Assembly: GCA_964035545.1 (NCBI GenBank)
Contig: OZ037768.1
Span: forward strand, 18,893,700-18,957,699
From: Bugula neritina
Taxonomy: Eukaryota > Animalia > Bryozoa
DNA length: 64,000 nt
Direction of reading: 5' to 3'
Each line of letters begins with the position of its first letter. Within the stretch, counting starts at the first letter, position 1. Shown here piece by piece: positions 61,600-64,000 of the stretch. The notes beneath the pieces were generated by a model that saw only the letters and a list, made by a program, of their open reading frames with translations, was not told the origin of the DNA and did no database searches. The position numbers and the translations under genes were made by a program.

Positions 61600-63010
61600 G
61601 ACCATGCAATTTTTCAAGCCTAAGGGAATCAAGTAACTCAGTGACTGTAAGCTACACTGTGTAAGACTAAGTAGGATGACACCCACTCCCAGTCACCCTT
61701 GAAATCGAATACTATCAAAATCAAAACGACAATCACAATGACAATCAGTTGATTTAATCCTAATGGTTCAATAAAGATCCCAATGACCATCGCAACGTAA
61801 ATCAAAATGAAAACGTTATCCACACATTTTCAGTGATTTTGATTTAGTAGACTTACAGTTACTCTTACTCTTAGTCTTACTCTTAGCCCTTAGCCTTAGG
61901 AATAGGTGTGATGACCATTCTTATTCTATACAAACACAGAATAATTGCAGACATGATGATGATTTATTCATATTTAATATTTTCCAGTCTCAACTGAATA
62001 TCACTAACAACATCATATGTCTATGATTATATGACTATATAATATAGTATATACTATAATTTTTATAATACTAATACTAATACTAATAGTAATAGTAATA
62101 GTAATAGTAATAGTGACCGAGTCAAGTGTCATAATGAAATAAAGAATTTCGCTAGAAGCAGCACTGAGTTGGGGTGACTGAGTACAAAATCTGCGCACAC
62201 TTCGTTGTCCAAACTTATAGTCGCCTGATACTGGAAACCCCACCCGAATCGCTCAACCCTACCAGCTCCAAATATGTGCTGCTTCAAGCAAGTTTTGAAA
62301 ATAAAACGCACGTGTAATGTTTTAGTAGATGATCTATTCTCTGGTTTTACAGAATGAGAGTGTATTGCTACACCACTCGCTGTACGTATTTTAAAACTAA
62401 ACCTGGGTGGTTCCATTTTTTGCTCGTAGCAATGTTTCACTATTTTTACTTAAATAAAGTTTGTTGAACTTCAAGCTCAAATCAATATGAATATGAATAT
62501 TATTATCAATATAAATGTAACAATATCATTAAGATCATTCGCTTATAAGTTATAACAGTATTATGCTATAAGAAATATGTGGTCATAGAAAATATTATTT
62601 GTACTAGTATAATAAATATAATACTAATACTAATAGTAATAGTAATAATAGTAATATAAATATTATTATTAATATTAATTATTATCCTTATAGTTATTAA
62701 TTATTATTAATTTATAATTATTATTTAAATATTAATACAGTATTATTAATAGTAATACTAAGTCTAATACTAATAGTAGCAGTAAATATAATTATAATAA
62801 TTATAATTAATACTTATACTTATAGTTATACTAATACTGATACTGATACTGATACTGATACTGATACTGATACTGATACTGATACTGATAGTATTAGACC
62901 TAATATAATCAATATCATTAACTACTATTACTATTGTCTATTACTAATCGTTTACCCAGTATGAGTATTAGACTTAGTGTTATGGTGGGTTTTACTAATG
63001 TTGAGTATTG
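61600..63010. repeat. Two degenerate 6-bp-period tracts (about 61600-62120 and 62470-63010, including perfect (GATACT)n at about 62835-62890) flanking a CpG-richer core at 62150-62450
   Basis: actctt actctt agtctt, actaat and agtaat runs, and about nine gatact units. Confidence 0.8.
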
Positions 63011-63039
63011 TAAACTCACCGAATAATATATATAATTTG

Positions 63040-63470
63040 GCCTTGGGGTGAGCTCGGGGTCGGTATGCAGTTGCGGGTTGATAGCTTGGCTGCGAGGTAA
63101 CTCCAGCTCCTGTCCGTCTGGTAGGGGTGAAGTTGAGACTCCGGGTTAGAGTAGTTGGCTGGTGGTGCTCCTCGGTCTATGGTCCTGAGCTAGCACTCAC
63201 AAACGTACTCTAACACATTCTAATTAAGTTGTATACATTCTATATAAATATTCTCAATTGTTCCTCAATCAGTCTCAAGTCTCTCCATTCTCCCATTTGC
63301 ACTAGGTTATATAGCTACAACACTCACACAAGCCACACCCACGCTATAAGTAATAATAATGTCAAACTTAGAGTTGTGCACCCCACACACATGCAACAAC
63401 AAGAGATGACAACTACGCATATTTATAATACTTATAAATCCAGATATAACATTCTCCGTCACAATAAAAA
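63040..63470 (+). mobile_element. Interspersed repeat copy B (same family as 27745-28190)
   Basis: Same conserved blocks in the same order as copy A. Confidence 0.8.
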
Positions 63471-64000
63471 TTTACAGTTCCACCTGTAAATACTTAACTA
63501 GGGGCATTGCGATTTAAGGATAAATATTGCAGTAACAATGTCAAACTATTAGATATGTAATTACTTTAGGACTACTGGACATATTAGAACTTGCAATATA
63601 TCAGACATTGGGTATAGTTGATATTAATAGACGTATTGGAAATTACTACATACATAATAATCTTTATATAATAGCTGTGAGTGTCTACTAGCCTCACAAC
63701 TGTTTAATAAGGCTGTGGGATTTACTACTACTATTGACCAAGTTATAGAATAGGTAACATACAAGAGAACAGCACAGCAAGAATAAGTTCAACTTCTGTC
63801 TATTGAAAGTTGCAAATTTCCCTTTGTTACCCTTTATAAAATAGAGCCCATCAGACAAAATACTATAGACGCATGTATGCTATATATGTATGTATATAAT
63901 ATATATATATATTTTTTTTTTGTAGCGATTGCATCAATTTCTATTCTTTAAATTAAATGAGTTAGCATGACTTAAGTCTGAATTTCATAGTTAACTAAGC

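Noticed and set aside
57800-62000. Box C/D snoRNAs suggested by scattered TGATGA and CTGA motifs
   Set aside because: No case combined terminal stems with a recognisable rRNA-complementary guide; the motifs are expected by chance in AT-rich DNA.
62140-62300. Telomerase RNA or snRNA
   Set aside because: CTCAACCCTACC is not a proper CTAACCCTAA template, and I recognise no snRNA motifs.

Overview
AT-rich, intron-containing genomic DNA from an invertebrate animal using the standard code; a lophotrochozoan is plausible, but the taxon cannot be fixed from the sequence. Genes reconstructed by hand from GT-AG exons with consistent phase: MRPL43 (+), an orphan Ser/Pro-rich gene (-), a plant/fungal-type ADP/ATP carrier (-), MFSD11/UNC93-like transporter (+), a KRBA2/SCAND3-like Ginger-type integrase (-), a five-exon orphan gene largely missed by the ORF track (+), PNKP (-), and four alpha-tubulin copies (one +, three -), one of which is frameshifted. 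Mobile relics include a solo LTR with a 4-bp TSD, tRNA-derived SINEs, hAT and Tc1/pogo-type MITEs, a Helentron-like element and a LINE 3' fragment. The most notable unexplained signals are: (1) degenerate 6-bp-period 'TNA lattice' tracts sitting just downstream of inferred transcription starts; (2) one MFSD11 intron packed with tandem poison 5' splice sites, a hairpin hiding a perfect donor, and U1-like ACTTACC repeats; (3) an anti-Lepore-type chimeric tubulin pseudogene with gene-conversion mosaicism, plus a tail-to-tail tubulin inverted repeat. No database searches were run; all names come from motif recognition.
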